Positions 36,351-47,483 of a DNA stretch of 64,000 nt are shown here, one piece after another. Numbering within the stretch: position 1 is the first letter of the stretch; each line of letters starts with the position of its first letter. The position numbers and the translations under genes were made by a program. Origin of the DNA: Gnetum montanum (taxonomy: Eukaryota; Plantae; Gnetophyta); the NCBI GenBank assembly GCA_015680685.1, contig MNCI01000270.1, positions 176,200 to 240,199 on the forward strand, in the 5' to 3' direction. The notes under the pieces are model-generated. The model saw only the letters and a list, made by a program, of their open reading frames with translations. It ran no database searches and had not been told where the DNA came from.

Positions 36351-39300
36351 AGCNCGAATGTGCCATGGAGGCAGTCAACCCCACAAAGAGCTGTTGAGGA
36401 TCGGGCCATTTCGAATGGGGCAATGGAAGTGGTGGATTGTTTCAGAGGGTGTTGACCTGCTGGTGGAGAGGAGGTCATTGGATGAGTTGTTGCATGCGAT
36501 GAAAGAAGCCGCTGAAAAAGCAAGGGTAGAGGAGCAAAGGATTTGGGAAGCCAAGTGGTGTGCTTGTGAGGAGGAATATCCGCACACAAAGGCTCACCTG
36601 GAAGCCCAATTTCTAGAGAAAGAAAAGGAGCTGATGCATTAGCATGTGCTTCAAGAAGAGAGAACTAGGGCTGCATTGATTGATGAACTAAGGGCACAAA
36701 TCAGGGAAGAGCTATAGCATGAAAAGGAACAGAGGGTGGTGTAGGAGCGCTTGGAGTTGCTTGCAAAAGCGCATGAACAAGAGGAAGCAAAGCAACTGCA
36801 GAGGTAACAGGATAAAGCGCATGCTCAAAATGCCACAATGTGGCTGAGGAATGGTTGATGTCCTTATGTTGTGCTAAATATTAACATTGATACCACCTAG
36901 TCAACACTTTGCCAACACATCAAGAGATCCTCTGCCAAGCTCCACCTCAATGGGAAAGGGAATGCTGACAAATGTGCAAAAAAGAAGTGGCTTTCAAGGA
37001 ATTTCAGCAGGCAGCAACTTTTGTGGATTTAGAGCACCATCGGGAGATGCTGAAAAATATTCACAATCAGGAAGCTCCTGATTGGGAATGTCTCACACTG
37101 TCCAAGCATCTGTAGCCTGTGGGGAATATAGGTCTCATGGAAGGGTTTTTAATTTCTTCTTTTGTCTTCTCTCTTTCTGTAGGGTACTAGTGGCGGGGTT
37201 TGTGGTTTGAAGGATTTTTTATGGTCTGTGGCCTTTTCTGTTGGATGGTCTCCTGGGGGGCCTGGGGGGTTGTATCTCATAGTTGCTGAACCTCGTATCA
37301 ATAAACCACTGGCTACAATGAAATGCTCTTGAAAAAGGTTCACTCAATAAAAAGTAATTGCAGATTAAAGAAAGCAAAAATTACAAACCTCAGTGCACAA
37401 TCCATTATTATTGCAGTCATAAACCGCACTGCTAGAAGTGAACAAAAAGGACCCATCCCTGTTCCATAATGAAGTAGCTTCCCTACAGTTTTCATAAAAT
37501 ATAAAAGTTAAACATTGAAAAATATGAGAATAAACAACGAAAAATCCAGAAATGCATGAGAGCTGCATGCATATGTAGACTAGAACAGAATGGGTGCTAT
37601 TTTGTAAGCTTAACCAAGGAGCTTCACATTTTATGTAAACTCTACAGATATTGCTGGTGCAAATTTTCAAGAGATCTATAGAAAGCTATTAAATGTATAG
37701 ACCTTAACTACAAAATTTATTGATTCATAAATTAGAAGAGACAATATAATATATATAATATTTTTTGATATTTTACTCCAATCCTCTTACTCTGGTTAAA
37801 TGAATTGAAATGTTTCTTCCGGCATAACTTCTTTAAAGTTAATTATGTTAATCTTCTATTGAGCTTGATTGCCCTGTAATACGTATAACTGATGCGGCAC
37901 CATTCAAACTAGATTACTAATCGCTATCTTCTTAAAAGGCCTAAGAGCTACTGAGGTAATTTTTAGACTCAATTTGCCACAGCACTCCTTTGTTTTTCTG
38001 TGATTCTTGTTCCTTGTTTCATTTCCATTTTTCTCCTTTACTTTGTATTCCTATTTTTTGAACTACTACTTGTAACACCAGTCGTCACAACTGTTTACCA
38101 AAGAGTTAGTACCCTTAACTTCTCGTTATGTCCTTTATCCTCTCTTTTTCCTATGTATTTTCCCTATAATTTGGTACCATGTAGAAATTTTGAGGATTAT
38201 ATATGTGTCCCAAGCCAGGATCTTTATTCATCCATTCCTTCATAATTATATTTTAACAAGTTTATTAAACAAATCATGAGACTCTTCCTACTCTGTAAGC
38301 ACTATAGCTTCATAATATTATTACAACAATATTCCTCCATTAGAGACAATTAATATCGAAACCATACTTCAGAATTCCTTTGACTTTGATTCCTCACAGG
38401 TCATAAATGATCAATTCTCGTGACTTACATCAATCTTCTTTACAGTTGATTCCACATTCCACAACTTGCCTTATCAGGCGTTTCATTTCCTCTTTAAAAC
38501 GTTTTCCAACCATTCATAATTCCAAGATAAAATCTCCATTTTGAACAGTGGGGGTAAGGAATGTAATCTACCTTCTTGTCCACTTCAACCACTCCCTTGT
38601 TCAGGTTCCCTAATGGCACCAAGCTATCTAAAGTCCTTTATTTGCCTTTGGCATTACCCTCCTTGGATTCCCTCTAAATAATCACATGTGCACTAAGTTG
38701 GCCCATATCATAAATGGCATCCACCATATCATTTATATGGCCAGCCTTCTTTGCTAATGTTTGGTCCTCTAACACCCAACCATACAATCTACAAGCGTCG
38801 TAATGGACCACATTAGAATCCATGGATGGATTAGCATAACATTTAGTTTAGTTTAGATAATCGTAGGTCATTGTCATCCCACCTAGACTAGCAATGGTCC
38901 TTATATTTTGTATGGTTTAGGTGAGGCATATGATCATTTATGTTGTGTGGTCCATGATTAAACTAAGTAAAATAAAGAAATATAATTAATTAATCTACTT
39001 ATTAACAATGAAGATAAATCCTAGACTAGCCTATGGGCAATGAGTGCTTGTTCCCCAAACCCCAATCCACCATCATATCCTAAACTTAAACTATGTATCC
39101 CCTATTGGGATTACCAAGCATTATACCACTAGGTGAACCAAGCAATAGTGCTACTAGGATTACCAAGTGAATACTTTTGGAGTTTCATGTTCTATTACAA
39201 GTTTTATTGTGAGTTGCAATAATTTTGGAGTTTCACGTTCTATTACAAGTTTTATTGAGTTGCAATACTTTTGGAGTTTAACGTTCTATTACAAGTTTTA

Positions 39301-42300
39301 TTGTGAGTTGCAATAATGTTAAAATAATCGCAAAAAGCCCAAAAAATTTAGAATTCTCTAGATCCACCTTGATTCAATCCATGATATTAAATTATTGAAT
39401 CAAGTTGTCTTGAATAGTTGTTAGATGAATTGATATAGAATTGATGTGAAACTTTTTGCCTTATCTTGAGATTGATCAACTTAAGTTGTCTACACTTCAG
39501 GGGAGACGTCTATCCTTCAAGTGCCAAAAATAAAACTGCTCGTTTTGATGCTGGGAGCCTCCGGATGCCTCCAAACAAGTCCCCATAGACCCTGTAACCT
39601 CCTAAACTCATCAAAATGAGCGAAACACAGTCCTAAACATGCCAAAACATCCAAGAATCATCCTCAACAAAATTAACGCGAAAAGACACATAGTATGTAG
39701 GGTAGAACAAGAGAATCGGAAGAGGTGTCCCTACACCAAAAGGTCAAAACAACATTTTTACATGGAGATCTACATGGAACAAACTCAGGGCTTTGTAGAT
39801 TGGCAAAGGCCAGATTGTGTTTACAGGTCAAAATAGAAGTGTTCACTATTTGAAACAAGATCCAAGGCTGTGGTACAAAAATCAACTTGTCAGGTTTGAT
39901 GTTGATCATTATGTTTATTTTAAAGGCAATATAAAAAGAAAATTTCTGATTTTGTTATCATAGGTTGATATGTTGATTTCCAGTTATGATAGGGTTGAAG
40001 TCAAAACATTAAAAGCTAACATGTCCAATAAATTTGCAATGAAAAATTTGGGTTCTGTTAAACAACTCTTGGGTATGTAAATACACAGGGACAGGGTGTA
40101 AAGGAAGTAATGGTTAAGTCCAGAAGTGTATCAAATGTTACATCGATTTAACATGGCTTTACCAAATTAGGTAGTACTTCGCTAGCACCACATTTTAAGT
40201 CAATGACAGAAGATTTCCTTAAGAGAAATGCTGATAAGAAAGTAATAATGAAAATACCATAAATGTCAGCTCTGGAAGTTTTAAGGTATCCTATGGTTTG
40301 CTCAAGGCAAGATATTGCCCATGCAATGGAACTTGTAACTAGATATACGAGAAACCTTGAGATAAAGCATGCGAACGTTCTTAAATAAATACCTGGGTAT
40401 TTAAAAGGTACTATATCTCACTGTTAATGCTTTGGCAGGACTAATTTAGAACTTGTTGGATTTGTAGAGTAAAGGTGGATAAACTCCTCAAATTAGTTTA
40501 CAATATCCTTCAGGATCTCCAATCCCATAACATTGGAGGAACATCTATTAAGCAGATCCACATACACAGAAGACAGAAAAATTCCAACAAGAGAGCAATA
40601 CCAATTCCCAAAGCATCAAAGCAAGCCAACAATCACCAAAGAATCATGACCTTTGTGCAAGAACACCCTAAATGGTTTCCTTCACTAGAGAAACAAAGAA
40701 AATAAAACCACCTAGCAATGCTACAACCCTTGCAAATCATGTTTGCTTCCCTTTAAAAACATGCCGAAAATATTTTCATTTCCACAAAAATTCTACTTAA
40801 CTATGAATTTACTTTTGGTGCCAAAATTAACATGGGGAATTATACTATACATAATGATGTTGTGTGTGATCGTTTTCTTGCATCCACGATCAGACTGAGT
40901 TTTTGCTGCTATTATTACTGAATTTTTGCTGCTATTATTATCTACATATGTTTTTTCGATTTGTTATATTTTCTTAAGTATCTTATCTGCACTTTTATTT
41001 TATTTTATAATTTTTATTTAATAATCATTGCATTTTGCATTTTGCATTCATAGTTGCCATCGTTTGCAAAATTTGCAAAATGCAAAATGTAGTGATTACT
41101 AAATAAAAATTATAAAATAAAATAAATGTGAAGGTAAGATACTTCGAAAAATATAACAAATCAAAAAAACATATGCCGATAATAATAGCAGCAAAAACTC
41201 AGATAATAATAGTAGCAAAAACTCAGTAATAATAGCAGCAAAAACTCAGTAATGCCGATCATGGATGCAAGAAAATGATCACACACAACATCATTATTTA
41301 TAGTATAATTCCCCGTGTTAATTTTGGTGCCAAAAGTAAATACATAGTTAAGTAAAATTTTTGTGAAAATGAAAATATTTTCAATGCTTTTTAAAAAGAA
41401 GATGGGGTTATATCCGACGTAGTTTTAGAGGGAGAATGGGGTTCTATTGGAAATGAAAATATTTCCAATGCATTTTTAGAGGGAGGATGGAGTGGAGGAA
41501 CCCAATGACATGCGTATGTTCCCAAAGTTTGCTTTCAGTGCAAACATTACTAAGGTGGAAAAGCTTTGCATTAACAAAAAAAAAACAGCAGAGAAACAAT
41601 TGAAAAGAAAAAACAGCAATGATACAAAGTCTATAGCCATGCATAGTTAATTCCAAAAAATAAACAAAATTTATAACTAGATGATCCCTATCAAACAACC
41701 TGACTTCAGCAGGATAATCCTGATTTCCGTATGGAGGGGCACAGAATACCACAAATGGAAACTTTCTGGAAGTCGAACCTTTGACAATGGGTATGATACC
41801 CATCTTCATTAGCTCCTCGTGATGATCCGTACTTCTTGTCTGGCCGTAAACCACGGCTGAGGGATGGCTCTGCACACAACATTTGTTAGTGCAGCTACCT
41901 ACCAATCTCTCCAAACCTGCTTGTAACATCATACGAAATTCCAAGGGTTCTTTATACCAGTACAAGCAATGATATCATCAAACCAGAGTCTACATATTTG
42001 GAAGAAAGGCATTAATGAAAGATCAGAAAAAAAGAAAGGAAAAGACATGAGAAATGCACTACAGGATCATTTAAAAGATACAGAAATTTTGTCAATATGG
42101 GTGTTGATAGATGGAGATGAGAACCTATGAATCCGAGCCAACTCAGGATTCGTCTAGGACGATCATGATAACGCCAGCTTCAGTTCAAAGTAAGCAAATA
42201 AATGACTGCTCTGGCATTGCCAAATGCTAAATACATACCGAAGATATAAGAAGCAACCAGTATGAACTGTCAAGAATGGTCGAGAACAACGTATTTTCCA

Positions 42301-42867
42301 ACACGCAACACTACTCTTGAAAAGAATAATTATAGTTAACACAGATTTCAATTCGACTAAATTTACATACCTGGACCCAGCTCTGAGCGATCAATCTTCC
42401 GAGCACACCAGGTCCAACAATGAGCAAGTCCTGCGCATTCACACCCGATCCTGGAGCCGCAACATCCAGTTCTTGTGTCGTACGAAGAAAAATTAATATT
42501 GCAACACCAAACAAACTGCATTATTATTTTTCTTTATGCAATTGCATTCTTTTCTCTTTTTCCTGTTAGTCTTTCTAATTCTATACTCTCATCAAAGGAA
42601 ATGAAGCAAAACAAACAACACAAAATGAGAACAAATACCAGACGAAGAAGCAGAGACCGCCATTGCCATTGGCGATGTTCTGAACTTGAAAAAGACTGAC
42701 TCAGAAGAGCTTTTGGCTTTGAACAGCTTTGAAAATGAGCAAAGGCGTGGTGTTACCAAGAGGGGATGTAGACACGCCTGGTTCGGCACCTGGCACGGGC
42801 GCAGAAGCTGTGTGCTTAGGCTTGAAAGTTGTAATCCTCCTCCTCCAACGCAGACGAAGCCGCCCAT
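2832..42867 (-). CDS. Multi-exon gene for an NAD(P)-binding Rossmann-fold (atypical SDR) protein, probably plastid-targeted. Exons: 42867-42639, 42471-42371, 41869-41700, 37482-37389, 30407-30297, 28940-28851, 22538-22453, 2896-2832. Final exon lies beyond position 1.
   Basis: The exons splice in consistent phase (1,0,2,0,0,0,2,1) into one open frame: ...ELDVAAPGSGVNAQDLLIVGPGVLGRLIAQSWVQ/SHPSAVVYGQT...FCAPPYGNQDYPAEVR/EATSLWNRDGSFLFTSSSAVYDC...CTE/DNPIVPLG...VRLAGLY/TADRGAH...NLIHYQ/DAALLC...GCDGHPLTR/QEMMDQVAKCGKFERRFKGFT. It has a GxGxxG Rossmann motif and a Ser/Leu-rich N-terminus. It resembles Arabidopsis AT2G39080 (recalled, not searched). Confidence 0.92.
3103..10689 (+). mobile_element. 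Near full-length degenerate L1-clade LINE (copy A): ORF1 3133-4694; ORF2 from 4691 (endonuclease, RT with internal deletion, zf-RVT) with a C-terminal extension to 10230; G-rich 3' UTR and poly(A)
   Basis: MRILS*NCR endonuclease start, RT motifs (QAGFLKSRHIQD, KLDIQKVYDMVS), KIKVFVWL...C-x2-C...H zf-RVT, and an A-tail ending near 10690. Degenerate TSD aacatatgagcaaaaa (3087-3102) / aacctataagcaaaaa (10690-10705). Confidence 0.9.
5141..6325 (+). mobile_element. Solo LTR (Gypsy-like) inserted in the endonuclease region of LINE copy A
   Basis: TGAAAC...GTTACA termini and a perfect 5-bp TSD GTTAG (5136-5140, 6326-6330). TATA-like TATAAATA near 5626. LINE sequence resumes after it. Confidence 0.88.
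11972..12739 (+). mobile_element. 5'-truncated RTE-clade LINE
   Basis: YLGS...RWLKWR..SGVLCDKRVPIKLK..FY.TAIRPAIVYGAEYW...EMRMLRW...WFGHV. The 3' tail is (TGA)n-like at 12725-12739. Confidence 0.88.
12425..12560 (+). mobile_element. Possible tRNA-derived SINE fragment inside the RTE element
   Basis: Interrupts the RTE sequence relative to the copy at 23338-23796. A-box-like TGGTTGACTTGG and B-box-like AGTTCAATTC are about 45 nt apart. Ends are unclear. Confidence 0.35.
12939..18915 (+). mobile_element. Full-length degenerate L1-clade LINE (copy B): ORF1 13029-14422; ORF2 from 14419 with extension domain and coiled coil but no J-like domain
   Basis: DUF4283-like ORF1 and a CKTCGKGH knuckle. 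ORF2 motifs MKVLTRNCRG, KGLRRGDLLSPLLF, HYANDT (decayed YADD) and zf-RVT CPLCHVEPKTLQH. Poly(A) at 18905-18914 and a perfect 15-bp TSD aagaaaatatttgaa (12924-12938 / 18916-18930). Confidence 0.93.
19230..20583. mobile_element. Unclassified ~1.35 kb non-coding insertion in the old L1 (possible decayed solo LTR)
   Basis: Separates two normally adjacent L1 motifs (WDVVCHP and N.ALF.K.AW). Contains internal tctcacaat-type subrepeats. No clear TSD. Confidence 0.45.
20663..21472 (+). mobile_element. 5'-truncated LINE (copy E) consisting only of coiled coil, J-domain-like module, 3' UTR and poly(A)
   Basis: Perfect 16-bp TSD aaagtaatgaaggctg (20647-20662 / 21473-21488) and an A-tail. ORF 20887-21210 is homologous to the 3' ends of copies A and C. 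Confidence 0.92.
22453..22538 (-). CDS. Exon 7
   Basis: TTCAG|GAT...ACAAG|GTCTGT. Encodes DAALLCKLILEKKFQGQVFMGCDGHPLTR. Confidence 0.92.
23338..23796 (+). mobile_element. 5'-truncated RTE-clade LINE
   Basis: Homologous to 12120-12739, with a (GAT)n tail. TSD aacaccaagaaaactttca (23319-23337) / aacaccaagcaaacttcca (23797-23815). Confidence 0.88.
24075..27945 (-). mobile_element. L1-clade LINE (copy D): ORF1 (about 27914-26515), endonuclease and RT, with the 3' part deleted
   Basis: Gly-rich N-terminus and ...KTQMKIDLGFQLTLKKVYKKW, with an ATGA overlap at 26518-26515. RT motifs KAPGLDGLSIEFF...PLQFR and GDPLSP. Homology stops after GILKFQD at about 24170. Confidence 0.88.
28851..28940 (-). 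CDS. Exon 6
   Basis: CCAC|ACG...CAG|GTGATG. Encodes TADRGAHMYCLKIGTSESRPDYILNLIHYQ. Confidence 0.9.
28941..30296 (-). other. U12-type (minor spliceosome) AT-AC intron, intron 5 (1356 nt)
   Basis: The 5' end ATATCCTTT matches the U12 donor consensus and the 3' end is TTCCAC. A branch-like TTCTGTTGAC sits at 28962-28953. Removing the intron joins GLY|TADRGAH in frame. Confidence 0.9.
30297..30407 (-). CDS. Exon 5
   Basis: AACAG|GAT...CTCTAC|ATATCCTTT. Encodes DNPIVPLGISSRTDILIRSEEAVLSVGGNVVRLAGLY. Confidence 0.92.
30560..31700 (-). mobile_element. L1 ORF2 fragment (end of endonuclease to start of RT)
   Basis: DGSMEFFKELFDTVG...LNCTRIILIAKK...DFSPIGISNAIC, with FGSKDPSL*WLQEGD.NIPIF upstream. 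Confidence 0.75.
31750..37310 (+). mobile_element. Near full-length degenerate L1-clade LINE (copy C) with internally deleted ORF1, ORF2, extension domain, coiled coil and J-like domain ending near 37115
   Basis: EGLQTIKLRLIGKFMS, LLGGPWFF, (M)KILSWN, GLQQKDPLSPLLF, HYTDNT, WRARNNIVF and CPYVVLNI...KLHLNGKG. Ends are approximate, with no clean TSD or poly(A). Confidence 0.88.
37389..37482 (-). CDS. Exon 4
   Basis: TGTAG|G...GAG|GTTTGT. Encodes EATSLWNRDGSFLFTSSSAVYDCNNNGLCTE. Confidence 0.93.
38780..39175 (-). mobile_element. LTR fragment related to the Athila-like LTR at >61865
   Basis: Shares the blocks aggcatatgat and caagca...ccaag.aata.tgctactag.attaccaagtgaatact with 62050-62286. Confidence 0.6.
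39172..39316. repeat. Tandem repeat, ~47-48 bp x3
   Basis: The unit tacttttggagtttcaygttctattacaagttttattgtgagttgcaa is repeated three times head-to-tail. Confidence 0.9.
39745..40470 (+). mobile_element. Ty1/Copia reverse-transcriptase remnant
   Basis: FLHGD, YMEQTQGF, LKQDPRLWYK, decayed YVDDMLI, FAMKNLGSVKQLLGM, MVCSRQDIAHAM and YLKGT. Confidence 0.85.
40751..41398. repeat. Long inverted repeat / foldback (MITE-like) element, arms of about 300 bp with a short spacer
   Basis: 40751-41047 is the reverse complement of about 41065-41398 (e.g. ccaaaattaacatggggaattatactata / tatagtataattccccgtgttaattttgg). Internal 22-bp subrepeats ctgagtttttgctgctattatta occur twice on the left and three times on the right. 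Confidence 0.9.
41700..41869 (-). CDS. Exon 3
   Basis: TGCAG|AGC...GTCAG|GTTGTT. Encodes SHPSAVVYGQTRSTDHHEELMKMG...FCAPPYGNQDYPAEVR. Confidence 0.93.
42371..42471 (-). CDS. Exon 2 (GxGxxG motif)
   Basis: Acceptor ACAAG|AA and donor CAG|GTATGT. Encodes DLLIVGPGVLGRLIAQ. Confidence 0.93.
42639..42867 (-). CDS. Exon 1 (transit-peptide-like N-terminus)
   Basis: ATG at 42867. The frame MGGFVCVGGGGLQLSS...MAMAVSASSS ends at a G|GTATTT donor (phase 1). The start codon is less certain than the donor. Confidence 0.8.
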
Positions 42868-44729
42868 GACAAGAACAAGACCGTCGCGTCCAGCGCCACC
42901 GCCACGTACAAAATGATCTTTGCTGCCATGAATTGGCCTTCTTATCTTCTGTCATGGCGTAATCTTCTTGTGGGTCTCCCTGTTCTCGGCATCTGTGGCT
43001 TGAGTTAAACGAAACAAAACTGTAAGCACCTGCAGAGGAAATCACGCATTAGAGTAGCTTAAGTACTCCATAGAAGAAGTCCTGCATCTGCCTATGGTGG
43101 AGCAAATAGGAACCCCCTCGTAAATTGGGATGAGGTCAGATGTTGTATACTCTAGTGTTATTACCTATATGCAAAGTCTTAATAAACTGTGTAACTAGGT
43201 AATAGGTTCGAAAGTTCAATTCTACTATGTAGTATTGAGTTACATATGTTTCAATTATTTTAGGCTCCAACACCCCAAAAGCAAGGTGCTCCTTGGTAGA
43301 AGTGCTCATAGTTTGTCTTTAAATTTATCTTTAATTCTTTATTTATTTTTTTTGCTTTGCCTTTAAGGATTGCTCATTTCTATAAAATCTACTTGTTTGA
43401 AAAATAAACATTAACAAAATAAGATGAAAAATGAGTTAAAAAATCATAAAGAAGGATATAAGTACTATTATTATTATTCAAAACATTGCAAAAGTTTTTA
43501 GGACACTAGGTGAAAGACATAAAAAATTTTGGCATATCATTATTAAGTTTTGTACAATAGAAGCCAAAGAGCAAATGTAGTAATATCACAGCCACTTAAT
43601 GCAAAGTGACCATGAGCAAAGAATTTGGACCAATAGAGATCCCACTAGGAAGGAACTTGCAAAAAGGTTAAACAATGAAAAAAAGTTAAGACAACATGTT
43701 AAAAAGGGTTTTGTTGTATACCTAAATACTAGTAATATGTTTGTCATTATAGATTACTAGTATTTTGAAAACTATTCAAAACATAGTCTCATTTAACATG
43801 ATTGTATAATGATAGAAGTTTTGCTTTTACAATAAACATATCCCCACCAGGGTTGGTGGCCTAATCTCTTTTTGAGTGGGTTTTAGAGATTGATTTACAA
43901 CAAAGGAAGACAAAATTAAAACTCAAGGTTAGTAATAAATGTTTTTCTTAGAATACATCATGTAGTTTACAACGATGTTACAACTATTCTCAATAAAAAA
44001 GTTGTTTATGAAGAAAAGAAATAACAAATTTCAAAAAAGGCAAATAATGATAGTTTTCAGCAAGCATAAATGAAATCTTCTTCAACAAGTTCTCAACATT
44101 TTACCAATCCTTTTAATTTTAAATGTGTTAATGAACTCTTGATATCTAAAGAAAATTCTTCTTTAGAAAAAAAGAAATTTTCAATAAGGACCATCAATGG
44201 AAATACTAATGCATATGGATTTTACTCAGCGCAACACAAAAAAAAGGAGGTCTGCAAATACAACTTTTAATTTAATCCCAAAGGTATCTCCTTCTCTCTC
44301 TACTTCTACTACTATTCCAAATGATTTTTTATCGAACAATATTTCTTAATTTATTAGTTCAATAGATTGTGAGGCAAATGCTGAGCTTGAAGAATCAAGG
44401 ATGGGGGCCACCTCCCTTACATCTCAATTTAGTTTTATCATGGAATGTTTGAGCTTTCAATGCATGATATTAGTTTGTTAGGAAATGCATTTTAAAAAAA
44501 CTACATTGTTTTTCTACCGCTCATGAAGTCAATAAAAAAGATGTTAAAAAAAATAGACCAAAAAAGTTTTAAATTTTGGTTTTGACATCCTTGAAAGAGT
44601 TATTTGAATTACATGCCATAGTGAAAAAGAGACTTTAGACTATGTAATATATATGCTCCTAATAATTCGAAAGATTGATCAAATGTTTGGAAATATTTTC
44701 TATTTCTACTTAAAGTTTCTTGGATTATT

Positions 44730-45593
44730 GTGTGTAAACATGTACACAAAAAGTAATGTGTTTTCCATGTTTATGCATATGCATCAATTAATGCATTTTC
44801 CACGTTTACGCATAACGCGTTTTCCATGTTTACGTGAACACATCAAGTAACGTGTTTTCCACAGTTACGCATACACATCAAGTAACACATTTCTACTATT
44901 TATGCATACCCTAACAAGTTAAGGTGGCCTTCGTATCCATTTATGTGTTGGCATCGAGTCTCTTAACACATTTACGAATTGGCATTGGGTCTCTTATTTT
45001 TTTCTATTTTCTCATAGTAACTGATTCTGTGGCCTATAAATTTGTTCTTGATGGGAGAACAAAGACACCATGAATCACAGTAGGATTGCAATTCTAGTCC
45101 CTTTCACAGATGCTTAAAGGTTGCATACACCATCATTGCAAAGTGCCAATGTGAAAGAAGAATCCAAACGCCAAGTTTAATCTAAGGCATCAATGGCTGG
45201 AGGTTAGTTCCATTTGCTTGGGCATTGTGCATTTCTAGTTATTTATGCATGTGAATTTCTTGTGCCATTTGCTTCCGCATTGTGCATGTCCAGTTATCTA
45301 TGCATGTGAATTTCTTGTTCCATTTGCTTTTGCATTGTGCATTGTTGATTATCTATGCATCTAGATGTCTTGTGCAATCCACAAATTTTCTTTTACATTT
45401 GGTATCAGAGCTTCATTTCTGTCTCGATCTTGATGCCATTACCGGTTAGTAATTGGAAGGCCCATTTATCATTGTGATGGACATCCCTATAAAATTACTA
45501 ACCTCTGTAGCATTGTTTTGTGATAAAACCATTGAAGAGGATCTTTGAATGCTTAAAAATGAAGAAATTCAATAGAGAACCTATTTATTGAAC
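44730..45593 (+). mobile_element. LTR (with ~35-bp and ~55-bp internal tandem repeats), tRNA-Met PBS and short leader of an LTR retrotransposon
   Basis: TTACA at 45393-45397 followed by TGGTATCAGAGC at 45400-45411. Repeats at 44755-44910 and 45205-45375, and a TATA-like CTATAAAT near 45035. The 5' boundary is uncertain. Confidence 0.7.
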
Positions 45594-47483
45594 TATTGTC
45601 ACATTAAACCATTCCATGGAACATCAATTGAAGCTAATGCAATTTAAAATAATTGAGATTGATGCATCTAAGAAGTTAGATGAAGGGTTCTTAATTGGTT
45701 TATGGGTATTGGATGTTAGTGCAGAAATTAGCCAATCTTCTGCCAGCAACATTATTAACAATGGTATAGGGTTCAAGATCAAAAGAAAGAATAAAGCTAC
45801 AACAACACAAATTGAAAATAAGCATGGATGTAGTCTTAAGAAGGCTTATGTAGGTACTGAATTAAAAAGAGAAAGGAAGGATAGGAAACTTCTTTAAGTA
45901 AGTAGTTTTGAAATTGTAGATGGTTTTGAGAGTAATAAATTTAAAAAATTTAATCCATAGTTTATGAAGAAGAGATTGAAAAAGGATTAAGGTGTTTCTT
46001 CAAAGGAAGTTCAGTTTCTAAGTTCAATTCTTCTAGATCTAAGAGTATTGAAATAATAGAAATATGCCTTTGCCAACTGATAAAACTTTTGACAATTTTG
46101 ACTGTTATCAAATAGTTAGATTGAAAGAAGAAAAACATAATATGGTTGCAAATATCAAAAGCTCCCATAAGAATAGTGATAGCTAAAATGGATATATTTA
46201 ATGAACATGTCTCTCATTATCGAAATTATAAATTAAGTTATAACTTCTTAAGAAAGTTATAAATTAATGTCCTAGATATTTGTAATCTACCTTAACTTTT
46301 CATGATGATTGTAACCACCCTAAAGTCACTATAAAAGGGGCTTATAGGGTAGATTTTAAAAGGGAGGGAGGCTTTTAGAGAAGAAGAAATTTGAAGATTA
46401 CTTGTAAGATGGTTTGCTAAAGACATCATTTCGACCACTTTGTTTTAGTCCTGTGAGTTCATCCTTTCCTATTTTGTTTTGTTGCTTAGCTAGTGGTTTA
46501 GGTAGTATCATACTTGGCATTTAAATTTGGGATTTTTAGATTGCCTTTATAGTTCTTTATTGCATGATAGTAGACTCCTATTAAGATTTTCCATAGAAGA
46601 GCTCATGTTGGAAAGCCTTAAGAGCAGTTTAATAGAAAAGTTTATTATTATGCAATTTTAAGGCTATTACTAGGATTATTGTAAGATAGCCTCTACTATA
46701 GAGAAGCCAATTGAGTAATTCAATAGTCTAGAGGGTTCAAAAAATCTTTAGTATTTTGATAGGACTGAAATAGCTTTTTGATTTTTAAAGTATATTCCCT
46801 TGGTATTTCAATTAGAAATTGTCAAATCTTTGAAAGCTCTGTTGTATTCAATCATTGACAACTATTATCTAGCCAAAATAGAGACTCATATGTGGCGGAT
46901 TACGCAACAATTTTTGGTAGTATAGTAGGATTTTTTTTAACAAATTGCTTGTTTAAGCCTATAAAGTTTGAACAATTCATAGATATTGAATTAAGGGTAA
47001 CTTTATTGTGAAGTGTTTCCTTGTATCAATTTACCTTGCTTAAATATTTGAGATTTTTACACAAATCTACTTTCTTTTCTTTCTCTTTCCATTGAATCTT
47101 GCTCTATTTCTAGTTTTTGTGTGGAATTCTCTCTTTGGGGGAAATTAGGAGTAGATTGGTAGAGTTGTGCTCAAATGATTTTTGCAAAATTTTATTTGTT
47201 ACAAGTAGGTATTATAAGAACCGTGTAGACTAAGTTGTTGAACAAAATAGGAATCTCTAACAACTCATAGTATTTTACGAAGTTGGCCAAATTTCTTATA
47301 TGATAGCCGATTACAGTTTTATACACAACCCAACTATTTCAACATTCACAGCAGCAAACACATCATATTTAACTACTAAGTCTATTTGGAGGTATCGAGG
47401 CCTTGGTGTTGCCAGAGACTAGCAAACACCTAAATCCTATTCGAGGCACTTGTTGGTAGTCGTGTCCCAAATGATTGTCAATA
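45594..47483 (+). repeat. 5' LTR (lacks ~1 kb present in the 3' LTR)
   Basis: 45594-46225 matches 51235-51875, and about 46235-47483 matches about 52917-54182. Confidence 0.85.

Noticed and set aside
36301-36354. Poly-C tract giving poly-Pro and poly-Gly ORFs
   Set aside because: It is a homopolymer next to an N inside the LINE linker, so its length is probably an assembly artefact. The same applies to the G-run and Ns at about 25820-25845.
39172-39316. Short repeat arrays (also 44755-44910, 45205-45375, 62939-63150) as possible CRISPR arrays
   Set aside because: The units are head-to-tail without unique spacers, the context is eukaryotic LTR sequence, and there are no cas genes.
41444-41965. 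173-aa ORF as a single-exon gene
   Set aside because: Only 41869-41700 is exon; the rest is read-through into introns. The same applies to ORFs 30195-30452, 37365-37670 and 42311-42514.
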